64,000 bases of DNA, from NCBI GenBank assembly GCA_039680575.1, contig JBDKSP010000071.1, positions 32,001-96,000 on the forward strand. The letters run 5' to 3'. A program made the translations under genes and the position numbers. The notes beneath the pieces are model-generated. The model did no database searches, was not told the DNA's origin, and saw nothing but the letters and a program-made list of their open reading frames with translations. Position 1 is the stretch's first letter, and every line of letters starts with the position of its first letter. Origin of the DNA: Armatimonadota bacterium (GTDB lineage: Bacteria; Armatimonadota; UBA5829; DTLH01). Shown one piece after another: positions 18,001-26,352 of this stretch.

Positions 18001-19430
18001 TGTTCGACAGAGCGCCGCATGCGCTTTCGCTCGCCGCAGACCACGATAACAATGTGTATGTGGCTTCCGATGAACAGATATTCAAGATACTGCCCGACGA
18101 GACGACAGCGGCTCTCGACACCCGAGACTCAGGTGCGCAGTTTGTATCGCTTGCAATCACTTCGGACGGCGCGCTCTTCGCGGGTACGGCCAATATGGGA
18201 TCGGTCTACAGTTCAACGGCTCCGGTCAACGGGACTTACACATCGTCCGTTCATGACGCGGGACTGATGTCTAGATGGGGACGGATAAGCTGGATTGCCC
18301 AAAACCCTGAGGGGTCGTCGATTATGCTGCAGACAAGGTCCGGCAACATAGCGAAGCCTGACAAAACATGGAGTGAATGGTCAGCAGCTTATACGAATGC
18401 GTCCGGGCAGGCAATCGACGGTCCCGCCGGTCGCTACATCCAGTACAGAGCGTTTTTGAGCGGTCCCAAAGCGTCTTCGCCGGTACTAGACCAGGTGAGC
18501 ATCACATATCTGACTGAGAACCAGGCACCTCTGGTTTCTATCAGTGAACCAGCCGCAGGGTCTATCGTAAGCAAGACCCAGACTATTAAATGGGCTGCGA
18601 TGGACCCTGACAAGGACTCACTGTCTTACGATCTTTACTACTCAGCCAACGAAGGCAAGACCTGGCGCACCCTTACGAGCGGCGTAAAGCAGGCTGGAGA
18701 GGCAACACCTGCCGCGCCCAAGCCCGAGGCGCAGCAGCAGACCAGGCCTAAATCATCCGAAGTGATGAGTATCGACCTGGGCGCGCTCTTGAAGTCGTCG
18801 AAGAACACGGATGAAGTGATTACGAAGATCAAAGCCGAGTTGGACAAGCACCCTGAAATTACCCCTGAAGCAAAAGCCCGGATTCTCTCTCAGGCTCCGG
18901 CTGCGATAGCTAAGGTAATCAGCGCCAGTGCAGGCCAGAGCTCTCCGCCCGCGGCCAAACCGGCGGGCAGTCCATCCGAGAACAGTTCGACCAGGCAGAC
19001 AAGCTACAGTTGGGACACGGCAAAAGTCCATGACGGGTCTTACACGATAAAGGTAGTTGCGAGCGATAGAGTGAGCAATGCGGTGGGATTCCTTACGGGT
19101 GAGAAGGTGGTCGGTCCGATCATCGTTTCCAACAGGCCGCCTAAGGTGGAAGTGCTCAAGAAAGATGCCAAGATCGGTTCAGACCGCAGCGTCAGCTTCA
19201 ATGGTTCCGCTTACAACGACTCAATTGCGATCGCCGGCGTTCAGTACAGGATCGATAACGGCGATTGGATGGCTGCGGCGGCAGCGGACGGAATATTCGA
19301 TTCCCCGACCGAACCGTTTGTCGTTGTCACTCAGCCGGTCGATTTGGGTAAGCACACTGTGGAAGTCAAGGTCATTGACGCAGCAGGAAACTCCAACTCG
19401 ATCAAATTCCCGTTGGAAATTGCCAAGTAG
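15057..19430 (+). CDS. Exported SpoIVB-type S55 peptidase fused to beta-propeller and Ig/FN3-like domains
   Basis: Signal peptide; GMKGYGLTV, QGMSGSPVY..GRIIGAV, AFGHP; repeated DxxGNxYAGT blades; SSVHDAG..RWGRISW. Confidence 0.8.
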   Translation: MLKRRIGIFLVAAFVISMIASIAHAGNSPGVTKEDLKYIMPLSEVRAGMKGYGLTVFKGTKIEKFDVEVLGILRKANNGRDQIFVRLVGGPVTERKANIIQGMSGSPVYVNGRIIGAVAYGPASFSREPLGMLTPIEDLLDALDPKLPSHPSGLSSPASTQLSTPLNVDGELITRIEFRDSTSAGTAPAKGTLVMTPLMTPLMVSGMSNRSIAGLSSIFAPYGMIPMAGPGAKADPVQVELKPGSSVGVSLITGDIDMTGVGTVTYRRGNKIVAFGHPMLEVGPIDAPMTTAWVHDVFPDYEISFKIASPMKTVGRIFEDRPWSIGGEIGKMPRMIPVTVDVDDKAIGRKRTLNVKVINHPALAPKLILTAASEAITQVHGIPSDAMATVDLTIDADQVGKIERRNVFFNPSEIEVEAMGDLQDLLSILAGNRFHPVDVKSVHMSVKIESGRKTASIERIFIPKNEYQPGETINVGVDLRPYKGEKFTKFIKVKLPENIPDGKLSLKVAGGIAGGDSQTMALSAIDGNTAKVSPAAGGGAENIRQLIDKYLERDQNNDLIARLQLPTMALNVDGEKLTDLPDSIANVMKSTKTTGLKLERDEIKTVEQMDCIVTGTQSLTIKVESPQTNEKPASDQPQVAPSAPPQPASLASAEDIAPVADGSEAFYANRAIELPELSNVPMAEVSTTTEIEKKSAPTAAKPANGNGVKSEAASGAKTPEAKPEQKPAASSEEKPVGRQPSVWKQSSLKEFSAGKFESTAATDANDIRLIQAMDKLSDLSADYVWQVIPDGNGGAFAGTGSNGIIYRINKNGTSSVFFKTGELQVHSLARDSKGNIYAGTSPNGKIFQISPDGKGKVVFDAEQKYIVALAADESDNVYAATGDAGIIYKITPSEPAKEFVKLPKDSVLSLIIGKTGNLYAGTGNGGVVFEITPDGTASPVYNASEDSITSLAADGLGNIYAGTGSSKGMIYRISQSGTAKPVFDRAPHALSLAADHDNNVYVASDEQIFKILPDETTAALDTRDSGAQFVSLAITSDGALFAGTANMGSVYSSTAPVNGTYTSSVHDAGLMSRWGRISWIAQNPEGSSIMLQTRSGNIAKPDKTWSEWSAAYTNASGQAIDGPAGRYIQYRAFLSGPKASSPVLDQVSITYLTENQAPLVSISEPAAGSIVSKTQTIKWAAMDPDKDSLSYDLYYSANEGKTWRTLTSGVKQAGEATPAAPKPEAQQQTRPKSSEVMSIDLGALLKSSKNTDEVITKIKAELDKHPEITPEAKARILSQAPAAIAKVISASAGQSSPPAAKPAGSPSENSSTRQTSYSWDTAKVHDGSYTIKVVASDRVSNAVGFLTGEKVVGPIIVSNRPPKVEVLKKDAKIGSDRSVSFNGSAYNDSIAIAGVQYRIDNGDWMAAAAADGIFDSPTEPFVVVTQPVDLGKHTVEVKVIDAAGNSNSIKFPLEIAK

Positions 19431-19488
19431 CATCAAAACACCCGGCTGCAGCAGGTTTAACTAATCTGCGGCCGGGTATAATATAAAC

Positions 19489-19600
19489 GAGATACCAGTA
19501 AGCTCCGTTCCTGCATATGGTTCTCCCTAACGACTTCTCTGGTTAAGCCAGGGATGAAAGAGATGGGAGTAAAACCCAGGCGCAGGAGCGGAGCTTCATA
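19489..19600 (+). ncRNA. Candidate structured small RNA of unknown family
   Basis: 15-bp closing stem 19500-19514/19582-19596, nested stems, three G-U pairs valid only on +, TATAAT at 19477-19482. Confidence 0.45.
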
Positions 19601-19607
19601 TTTGCGC

Positions 19608-20387
19608 TTATGGCTGTATCGTATCCCACAGCGTCCGAAGTTTCTCCCGGCTGATCGTCAGATAATCCGGGTCGTCCCCGAAGACTTCTATCGTGATCCG
19701 GTCGTCGTAACCGGCGTTCTTCAGGATTTTCACCACCCAGGCCCAGTTGATATTTCCTACCCCAAGCGGCAGATGCAAATCATCACGCCCTCCCCTGTTG
19801 TCGGAGACATGCACATGACACAGCCTGTCGCCGAAGTTTGCGACAAGCTCCTCTGTGCGGTTGTAAGGCGTGTCCAGGTGGGCATGGCCTACATCCAGAT
19901 GGAACCCCGCGCCGGGTACGGCATCGAGCAACTTCCTTAACTCTATTGACCGGCTGAAGTGGGAGGTATTTTCGACTATGATCCTCATCCCGAGGCGGTC
20001 GGCGACGGAGACCAGGCGGGACAGCGTCGCTATGTTCTGGCTCATAATCCAGTTCCAGTCGTGGAGCGGCGCGACGGTGTGTGGGTGAATATTCATCATT
20101 TTTGCGCCAAGTTCGTGGAATATCCTGAGGCATCTCTCGAACTCTCTCAGGACCACTTCGCGTATCTCAGGAAACGGGCTCGCTATCTGCAGATACCACG
20201 CAGTATGGCCGATGACCCCAAGCCCGGTACGGTCCAGTGCCTTACGGACATCGCGTGTGGGAAAAGTCCCGGAATATGCTGCCTGCGGTTCCATTGTCAG
20301 ATCGATGAAGTCGAAGCCGAGACCGGCAATCGCCTCGATCTCCTCCACGACATCGATCATGGGGTTATTCATTGCTCCAAGTAGCAT
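19608..20387 (-). CDS. Sugar phosphate isomerase/epimerase (xylose-isomerase-like TIM barrel)
   Basis: IIVEN, LDVGHA, HVHVSDN, DLHLPLGVG, TIEVF metal-binding motifs. Confidence 0.85.
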   Translation of the reverse strand: MLLGAMNNPMIDVVEEIEAIAGLGFDFIDLTMEPQAAYSGTFPTRDVRKALDRTGLGVIGHTAWYLQIASPFPEIREVVLREFERCLRIFHELGAKMMNIHPHTVAPLHDWNWIMSQNIATLSRLVSVADRLGMRIIVENTSHFSRSIELRKLLDAVPGAGFHLDVGHAHLDTPYNRTEELVANFGDRLCHVHVSDNRGGRDDLHLPLGVGNINWAWVVKILKNAGYDDRITIEVFGDDPDYLTISREKLRTLWDTIQP

Positions 20388-21097
20388 TTATTTTCCGGCC
20401 TCGAATGAATCCAGGGATCAAGCAGGTTCTCGCGGGAGGGGCTGTCCGGGGCAGGCTTGTATTCCAGCCTCCTTCTCGCCAACTCCCGGCGAATTTCGAC
20501 GGGAACACAGGTGCTTTCCGCTGGAAACTGCCAATCGAATACATCGATAACGCCTGCGAAAAGCAGCCAGTGCTCTCCAAGCATACTGAGCAGCCGGTTC
20601 CAATCGAATGTGGTACAGTTGGCCTTGAAAATTCTCATTATATCAGGCCAGTCGCACCGGTGCTTGTTCATTGTAAATATTTTGGAGTGGACAAGCTCTT
20701 CTACCGGCATGAATTTGAGAGAGACGCCAAGAAATTCGCCTTCCTTGCCTCGCTCTATCCAATCATCCGCAACAGTAGTGACCCGGTTTGCGAACTTGAA
20801 GATAACATCGACGATAATATCGCCTTTTACCGCATGGTGTATCCACTCGCGGTCGCCCTCAGCCTGCTCCCCCAAGTCTTCGAACCCGGCTGCCGTCAAC
20901 GCATCCACTGCAGGCGGTACATTCTCAGGCGTGGTAAAGACATCTATGTCGTGAGTGTCGCGCCATCTGCCGGTATAGAACCAGACAGCGAACGCCCCAC
21001 CCAAAACGAACGGGACCTCATGCTCGGCGAGAGATTCCAGCGCCTGAACATATACATCCCTGTGCTCAACCGACACGAAGTGCTCAGCTTGTGCCAA
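20369..21097 (-). CDS. Nucleotidyltransferase-superfamily protein
   Basis: PFVLGGAFAV..YTGRWRDTHDIDV motif; GGAGG RBS, TTG start; overlaps the next gene. Confidence 0.8.
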   Translation of the reverse strand: MAQAEHFVSVEHRDVYVQALESLAEHEVPFVLGGAFAVWFYTGRWRDTHDIDVFTTPENVPPAVDALTAAGFEDLGEQAEGDREWIHHAVKGDIIVDVIFKFANRVTTVADDWIERGKEGEFLGVSLKFMPVEELVHSKIFTMNKHRCDWPDIMRIFKANCTTFDWNRLLSMLGEHWLLFAGVIDVFDWQFPAESTCVPVEIRRELARRRLEYKPAPDSPSRENLLDPWIHSRPENKCYLEQ

Positions 21098-21132
21098 CTG
21101 TAAAAGCCTCCATTGTTACAATCCGGCTTTAG

Positions 21133-21160
21133 GTTACCCGATGGTAGAGCAGCACGAAAC
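21133..21160 (-). promoter_or_regulatory. SigB/SigF-like promoter
   Basis: GTTT-17 bp-GGGTAAC on the minus strand. Confidence 0.6.
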
Positions 21161-21269
21161 TATAGATTTTCGGCAATAGTGGAAAACGGTATTTTATGGC
21201 TGACTGCTGCGCTTATAGTAGCTCCATTTTATTGGGTTTCGGGTGAAACGATATTTATTATTCGTCACA

Positions 21270-22880
21270 TCACTGCTGAGACTCCGCAGGTGGCCGCACG
21301 ACATCGAATGCCTCCTGCGCGTGGTATATTTCAACCAGCTCATTGAACGCCTTCGCGAGGACAGTCCCTCGATGTTCTCCCCCATTTTTGTAAAGCTCGT
21401 GGTCGATAAGTGCCCGCAAGAAGAGAATTCGCCAGCGCCATGCCTGCCGCGCCTGCATAGTCAACACTTTATCGGCGTTTTCCATAAGTTCGCAGGCATG
21501 GACAGCGCTTTCGCCTATTTTGTCGCGGTGATGGTTCGACTCCATTATCCGAACAGCCTCCAGCACGGCATCAGCGACACTCGGTGAAGCCTCGAACGAG
21601 ATATATTCCCTCAGGATGTCCTCTGCGGACCTTTTCTTTTCCCAATAAAACTGGAGGCACAACACTTTGTTGATATCTTCTGAAATGCCTTCCGAGTAAG
21701 GAAACCCACCCGAGAGTTTATGCGACGCCTGGTTCCAAAGCCTTTGAAACCTGTCCGGGAGAGGATTAGCCCCATAACCGCCCCACGGCAGTATGCCCCA
21801 CATACTGATTTCAGGGAAATTGAGTAATGGCCGGTTGCCAGGCACGGGATTATCCAACGGGTAGCGGGGGAAGTCCTCATGGGCATCCGCCATGATGTAA
21901 TCGATCCAGCTCCCGTCTTCCGCCATGTACTCACTCAGCCCATCCCATTCCCCCGCATAAGGGGTGTCATACATCCATGTAGCAAGAATAACCCTGCCGG
22001 ATGGATATTTGCTGCGGAAGAGGTCTGCGACTTCTTTTGAAATACTCAGGAAACCCTTCTTCCCCCAGGGCCAGCACTTCTCGCAGCCGCAGCCGCCTTC
22101 GTCATAAGACCATGACTCGAAGAAATCCAGTTCGATATCGCGGAACTCATCCAGCAGCCCGCCCCACTGCCGAAGCAGATAATCGCGCCCGTCCGGATTG
22201 CCGGGGCACAGCAGAGTCCCGAGGTTTCCCCTCCTGCCCAGGTCATCGGGAAACGGTGTGTAGTAAATCTGCTTCGGAGCGGACTTGAAGCCGATGTTGA
22301 TGGCTTCGAGAAGCCCTACCTGCAGCCCGATGCGCTTTGCGGCAAGAAATATCGCGCGTATTCGTTCGATGTTGCGCTTCGCGCCCGGATCATCCAGGCC
22401 GTTGAACTGCTGCGGCGGAAAATGACAGGCTACGGCGTTCAGTCCCCACAACGCAAGCTCTTCCAGATAACGCTCGACCTCGGCATCAGATGCCGCCTCG
22501 TAAAAATTGTTGAAATGGACAGCGAAGTATATCCCACGGACAGGGCACTCAGGTATAGAGCTTCCCCGCCACTTGCCCGGGGTGAAACCGCCCTCGCAGC
22601 ACCGCGAAGTCCTGAGGAACTTACCGACTCCGTAAAGCAGGCCGCGCTCGTCATTGCCGGTTATCCTGATTCCACCATCAGGAACATCCGATATAGTGTA
22701 GCCTTCCGGCCCAACGCCCTGTTCGACCGCAAGGTACACCTGGAAATCGCCGAGGCTGTCGTTTATTACCCGCGCACCAGAACGTTCTTCTATTTTACGA
22801 GTGAGTATTGCGGCTATGTTGCCCGTTATCCGGCCAATTTCATTCGGAAGATGAATACGTATTGTCTTGACCATTTCCAT
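21270..22880 (-). CDS. Putative glycoside hydrolase-like protein (GH20/GH67-type N-terminal domain)
   Basis: GPEGYTI..IRITGNDERGLLYGVGKFLR then P...VRGIY; catalytic family unresolved; start 22880 after GAGG (ORF extends to 22925). Confidence 0.55.
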   Translation of the reverse strand: MEMVKTIRIHLPNEIGRITGNIAAILTRKIEERSGARVINDSLGDFQVYLAVEQGVGPEGYTISDVPDGGIRITGNDERGLLYGVGKFLRTSRCCEGGFTPGKWRGSSIPECPVRGIYFAVHFNNFYEAASDAEVERYLEELALWGLNAVACHFPPQQFNGLDDPGAKRNIERIRAIFLAAKRIGLQVGLLEAINIGFKSAPKQIYYTPFPDDLGRRGNLGTLLCPGNPDGRDYLLRQWGGLLDEFRDIELDFFESWSYDEGGCGCEKCWPWGKKGFLSISKEVADLFRSKYPSGRVILATWMYDTPYAGEWDGLSEYMAEDGSWIDYIMADAHEDFPRYPLDNPVPGNRPLLNFPEISMWGILPWGGYGANPLPDRFQRLWNQASHKLSGGFPYSEGISEDINKVLCLQFYWEKKRSAEDILREYISFEASPSVADAVLEAVRIMESNHHRDKIGESAVHACELMENADKVLTMQARQAWRWRILFLRALIDHELYKNGGEHRGTVLAKAFNELVEIYHAQEAFDVVRPPAESQQ

Positions 22881-22939
22881 GGAATCGATTACCTCATAAT
22901 TCTTGGTGCTGCTCATAAATAGCATGAGCGGATGTTACT

Positions 22940-23102
22940 TATAGATTTTCGGCTGATTAATTAACGGCCAATCATATGTTGGCTGTTGCCGAAAATCCTC
23001 CGGAAGAGTTTCAGGTGTAAGTGTAAAATCAACAGATAAAGCTATATCAGAGAACTGTTTATATAACTGTAAGGCTGTTACTTTATCTCCTGAAACTCTA
23101 TA
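22940..23102 (+). mobile_element. TA-flanked two-hairpin MITE-like element, long-loop copy
   Basis: TA|TAGATTTTCGGC..GCCGAAAATC-CTCCGGAA-GAGTTTCAGG..CCTGAAACTCTA|TA; same architecture as 4203-4268. Confidence 0.65.
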
Positions 23103-23103
23103 G

Positions 23104-24837
23104 CTAAAATCGATGCTCGCGGCTAAAAGCCTTCCTAAGCCTCTCTTGATCGAATTTCAGCCTGCGGTCATAGGTATACAGGCCGTTTTTCTCCTGCTCG
23201 ACATCCGTCAGCTGCGTATAGCAGAAGCCTGCAATATTCGGATGATCTGTGAGCACTGAGGTAAGGCCTTCAATACGCTTAAGGACTTCTTTCGTATCTT
23301 TTGGCCTTTGTCCGTAGCCCCAACCGCTGTCGAGAACGGCATCCAGGTCCCAGAACGTCCCGCCGTATTCATCGATGACGAACGGCTGGCCTTTGTAGCC
23401 GATATCAAATTTCGGAAAGGCCACGCAGAACTTGCCTCTGGCATCAGGAGAAACGGATGCGTACGTTTGGGCGAACTTCTCCGGGTTTTGCTCGTAGTTG
23501 TGCATCGTATAGATATCCGGCTGCACATGCACCCAGCCGCTGGCATCGTTTACTGGCCGGGTCGGGTCAAGCGCTTTTGTCAGTTCGTATGTTTCGCTGA
23601 CGGCTCTGCGATGCGCTTCGAAATCAGCCGTTGCTCCACCACTGCTCTCATTAAAAGGTGTCCACGCGATTATCGAGGGATGGTTCATATCGCGCATTAC
23701 GACCTCACGCCACTCGCGCTGATGGTTGTGGATACTTTGCGGCTGCCTGAAATCCATTCCCCAGTCGCAAAACTCGCCCCATGTCAGATATCCGAGTTTG
23801 TCTGCCCAGTAATGGAACCTCTCTTCGAAAACCTTCTGATGGAGGCGCGCTCCATTGAATCCCAGAGTCATCGAGCGCTCGATATCGCCGCGCAGTTCAT
23901 CATCTGACGGGGCAGTCCAGATCCCTTCGGGATAAAAGCCTTGATCCAGCACTAATCTGAGGAATATCGGCTCATTGTTGAGGTAAAACCTGTTGCCGTC
24001 GATTACAAACTTCCGCAGCCCCGCATAGCTGTGCACGAGATCGACTGTTTTTCCATTTTCCAGTATTTCGAAACGCATATCGTAAAGATACGGGTTCACC
24101 GGGCTCCACGGATGCGGGTTTTCAATATCCAGCTGAACGGGCACACCGCTTGTACATCGAGCTTCGCTGCAAATGCCATCATTGACTGTCGTCCTGAATG
24201 TGAAACGCTTTGTATCACCGTTGAAAGTTGGAATAAGCGTGAATTTGCCTTCATCGAGGCCTGGTATTATCCTCACTGACTCGATAAAACTGAGTGGTCT
24301 GGCTTCGAGCCAGACTGTCTGCCAGATTCCTGTGGTCCGGGTGTAGTCGCAGCCGTGCGAATGCAGGAGGCGGGACTGTTTGCCCACCGGCTGAACCCCC
24401 GACCTGATCTCGTCTTTGACACAGACAACCAGCAGGTTCTCTTTTGATTGGATCGCCTCTGTCATATCGAAAGAAAACGATGATCCTGTGCCGTAATGCC
24501 TGCCGACAGATTTGCCGTTGACCCAAGCCCGGCAATCGTAATCCGCGGCTCCGATATTCAGGAATACCCGCATGCCGCTCCACTCGGGTGGAACCTCGAA
24601 CGTCCGCGAATACCATATGCAGGGTATAAAATCCGTGTAACCCACGCCTGAAAGCCTGCTCTCCGGGCAAAACGGGACATTTATATCACCGGTCAGCTGC
24701 GATGCATCGCTCTGCCAGCTCTTCTCCTCACCAGAAAGGCTAAAATCGAAGGTGAATTTCCATTTGCCGTTCAGATTCAGCCAATTATCGCGTCTGAACT
24801 GAGGTCTGGGATGCTCTGGACGATATACTTCGGACAA
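23104..24837 (-). CDS. Glycoside hydrolase family 2 (beta-galactosidase/glucuronidase-like)
   Basis: WLNLNGKW, GIWQTVWLE, LDQGFYPEG, NHPSIIAWTPFNE, IDEYGG, YTQLTDVEQE. Confidence 0.9.
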   Translation of the reverse strand: MSEVYRPEHPRPQFRRDNWLNLNGKWKFTFDFSLSGEEKSWQSDASQLTGDINVPFCPESRLSGVGYTDFIPCIWYSRTFEVPPEWSGMRVFLNIGAADYDCRAWVNGKSVGRHYGTGSSFSFDMTEAIQSKENLLVVCVKDEIRSGVQPVGKQSRLLHSHGCDYTRTTGIWQTVWLEARPLSFIESVRIIPGLDEGKFTLIPTFNGDTKRFTFRTTVNDGICSEARCTSGVPVQLDIENPHPWSPVNPYLYDMRFEILENGKTVDLVHSYAGLRKFVIDGNRFYLNNEPIFLRLVLDQGFYPEGIWTAPSDDELRGDIERSMTLGFNGARLHQKVFEERFHYWADKLGYLTWGEFCDWGMDFRQPQSIHNHQREWREVVMRDMNHPSIIAWTPFNESSGGATADFEAHRRAVSETYELTKALDPTRPVNDASGWVHVQPDIYTMHNYEQNPEKFAQTYASVSPDARGKFCVAFPKFDIGYKGQPFVIDEYGGTFWDLDAVLDSGWGYGQRPKDTKEVLKRIEGLTSVLTDHPNIAGFCYTQLTDVEQEKNGLYTYDRRLKFDQERLRKAFSREHRF

Positions 24838-24873
24838 AATAACTGTCGCTCCTTGTTAAGCTAACTAAATGTG

Positions 24874-26265
24874 CTAATAGATCACCTTCCGATGGCGTTC
24901 TTTGGGCGTACGGGGGAGTTCCGGCGCTATTTCGCGGCTTTCCTTGCCTGTGCTTCGGGTAATTGACCATCTGAGTAATGGAGGCGTGATGAGAGTTGTG
25001 ACTATCACCATTATGACGACAGCGGAAAAAATACCGGAAGAAATAACCGGATGTTCTCCGATCACCAGTTGCGAGCCTATCGCGGCGAATATAAGCCCGA
25101 CTTCTCCGCGGGGTATCATCCCCAGGCTGACGGATAAGCGGTCCAGCCCTTTTTCCACTATTCCCGCGGAACAGGCCAGCTTACCGATAATCGCGGCCAC
25201 AGTGAGCACGGCTGCAAACCCAAGGACTCCCACCCGTGCAAAACCGGCCAGTTGAACCTTGATACCCATCAGCACGAAGAATATCGGTATAAGGAAATCT
25301 GCAATCGGCTCGATCAGTTCGGTCAGTGTATGCTCGCCTCTGCTGATAAAATCTTCATAATGGACCTCGTCGAGCAGCAGGCCTGCTGTAAACGCGCCGA
25401 CTATCGGAGCAAGCTGGATCTGCCCGGCAATCCACGCCATAAGGAAGCAGAACGAAAGAGACAGCGCAAGCAGTATGCCTCTGGCGCGGAGCGCGGATGC
25501 AAGTTTGAAGACTCTGGGAGACAAATACCGCCCCAGCACGATGCTTCCTGCAAGGAACAATACGGCTTTGCCGATAATCCAGCCGACGCCGCCGGCCGAT
25601 ACTGCACCGCCTTTGTTGGCTGCAAGGATGATTCCCTGCACAACAGCCAGGATCACCAGCCCCTGGATGTCATCGATGACCGCGGCTCCCAGGATGATCT
25701 TGGACTCCTTCAAATGGACCTTGCCCAGGTCTTTCAGGACTCTTGCGGTGATACCCACGCTCGTTGCGCATAATGTCGCTCCGATGAAAACATGCGCGTA
25801 GACCGATTCGTTCGGGAAAAAGACAGCAGCAACGCCCCAGCCGAGAAAGAACGGGATAACGACTCCGATGGTGGCTACCAGAAGAGACGAAAGCCCTACC
25901 GAGAGCATCTCTTCGACATTCGACTCCAGCCCGACCGAAAAGAGAAGCAGGATAACGCCAAGCTCCGAAAGGCTGTTTATGATCTCATTGCCTTTGATAA
26001 ACCCAAGGGCGTCCAGACCGACAAGCCCGAGGTTCCCGATTATGACGCCGATTATCAGCTCACCCAGCACCGGTGGCTGGCCGATCCGAACGAACACATC
26101 GGCTCCGAGCTTTGCCGCTACAAGGATAACTGCAACCCCGAAGAGCACCGGAAGGATCAACTCCTCGGCCGTTGCAGGGTGAACTCCACCTGACTGGGAA
26201 TGAACAGCCACGGCAGGCAGCAACAACCCGGCGATCATAATCCAAAAGTACTTCCTTCGAAACAT
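24874..26265 (-). CDS. Cation:proton antiporter (CPA2 family)
   Basis: GQPPVLGEL, ATSVGIT, AAVIDD, PIFFV, GMIPRGEVGLI; many TM helices. Confidence 0.9.
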   Translation of the reverse strand: MFRRKYFWIMIAGLLLPAVAVHSQSGGVHPATAEELILPVLFGVAVILVAAKLGADVFVRIGQPPVLGELIIGVIIGNLGLVGLDALGFIKGNEIINSLSELGVILLLFSVGLESNVEEMLSVGLSSLLVATIGVVIPFFLGWGVAAVFFPNESVYAHVFIGATLCATSVGITARVLKDLGKVHLKESKIILGAAVIDDIQGLVILAVVQGIILAANKGGAVSAGGVGWIIGKAVLFLAGSIVLGRYLSPRVFKLASALRARGILLALSLSFCFLMAWIAGQIQLAPIVGAFTAGLLLDEVHYEDFISRGEHTLTELIEPIADFLIPIFFVLMGIKVQLAGFARVGVLGFAAVLTVAAIIGKLACSAGIVEKGLDRLSVSLGMIPRGEVGLIFAAIGSQLVIGEHPVISSGIFSAVVIMVIVTTLITPPLLRWSITRSTGKESREIAPELPRTPKERHRKVIY

Positions 26266-26352
26266 CGGCGGTAAATCTCTTTCTTCTCTACAATTACAAG
26301 TCCGGTATTTATGTGAAAATTTTCTCAGTAGATTCTACGCTACCGATGGCAG

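Noticed and set aside
19489..19600. Retron msr-msd or SRP RNA
   Set aside because: No adjacent reverse transcriptase and no SRP domain IV consensus; kept only as an unknown ncRNA candidate.
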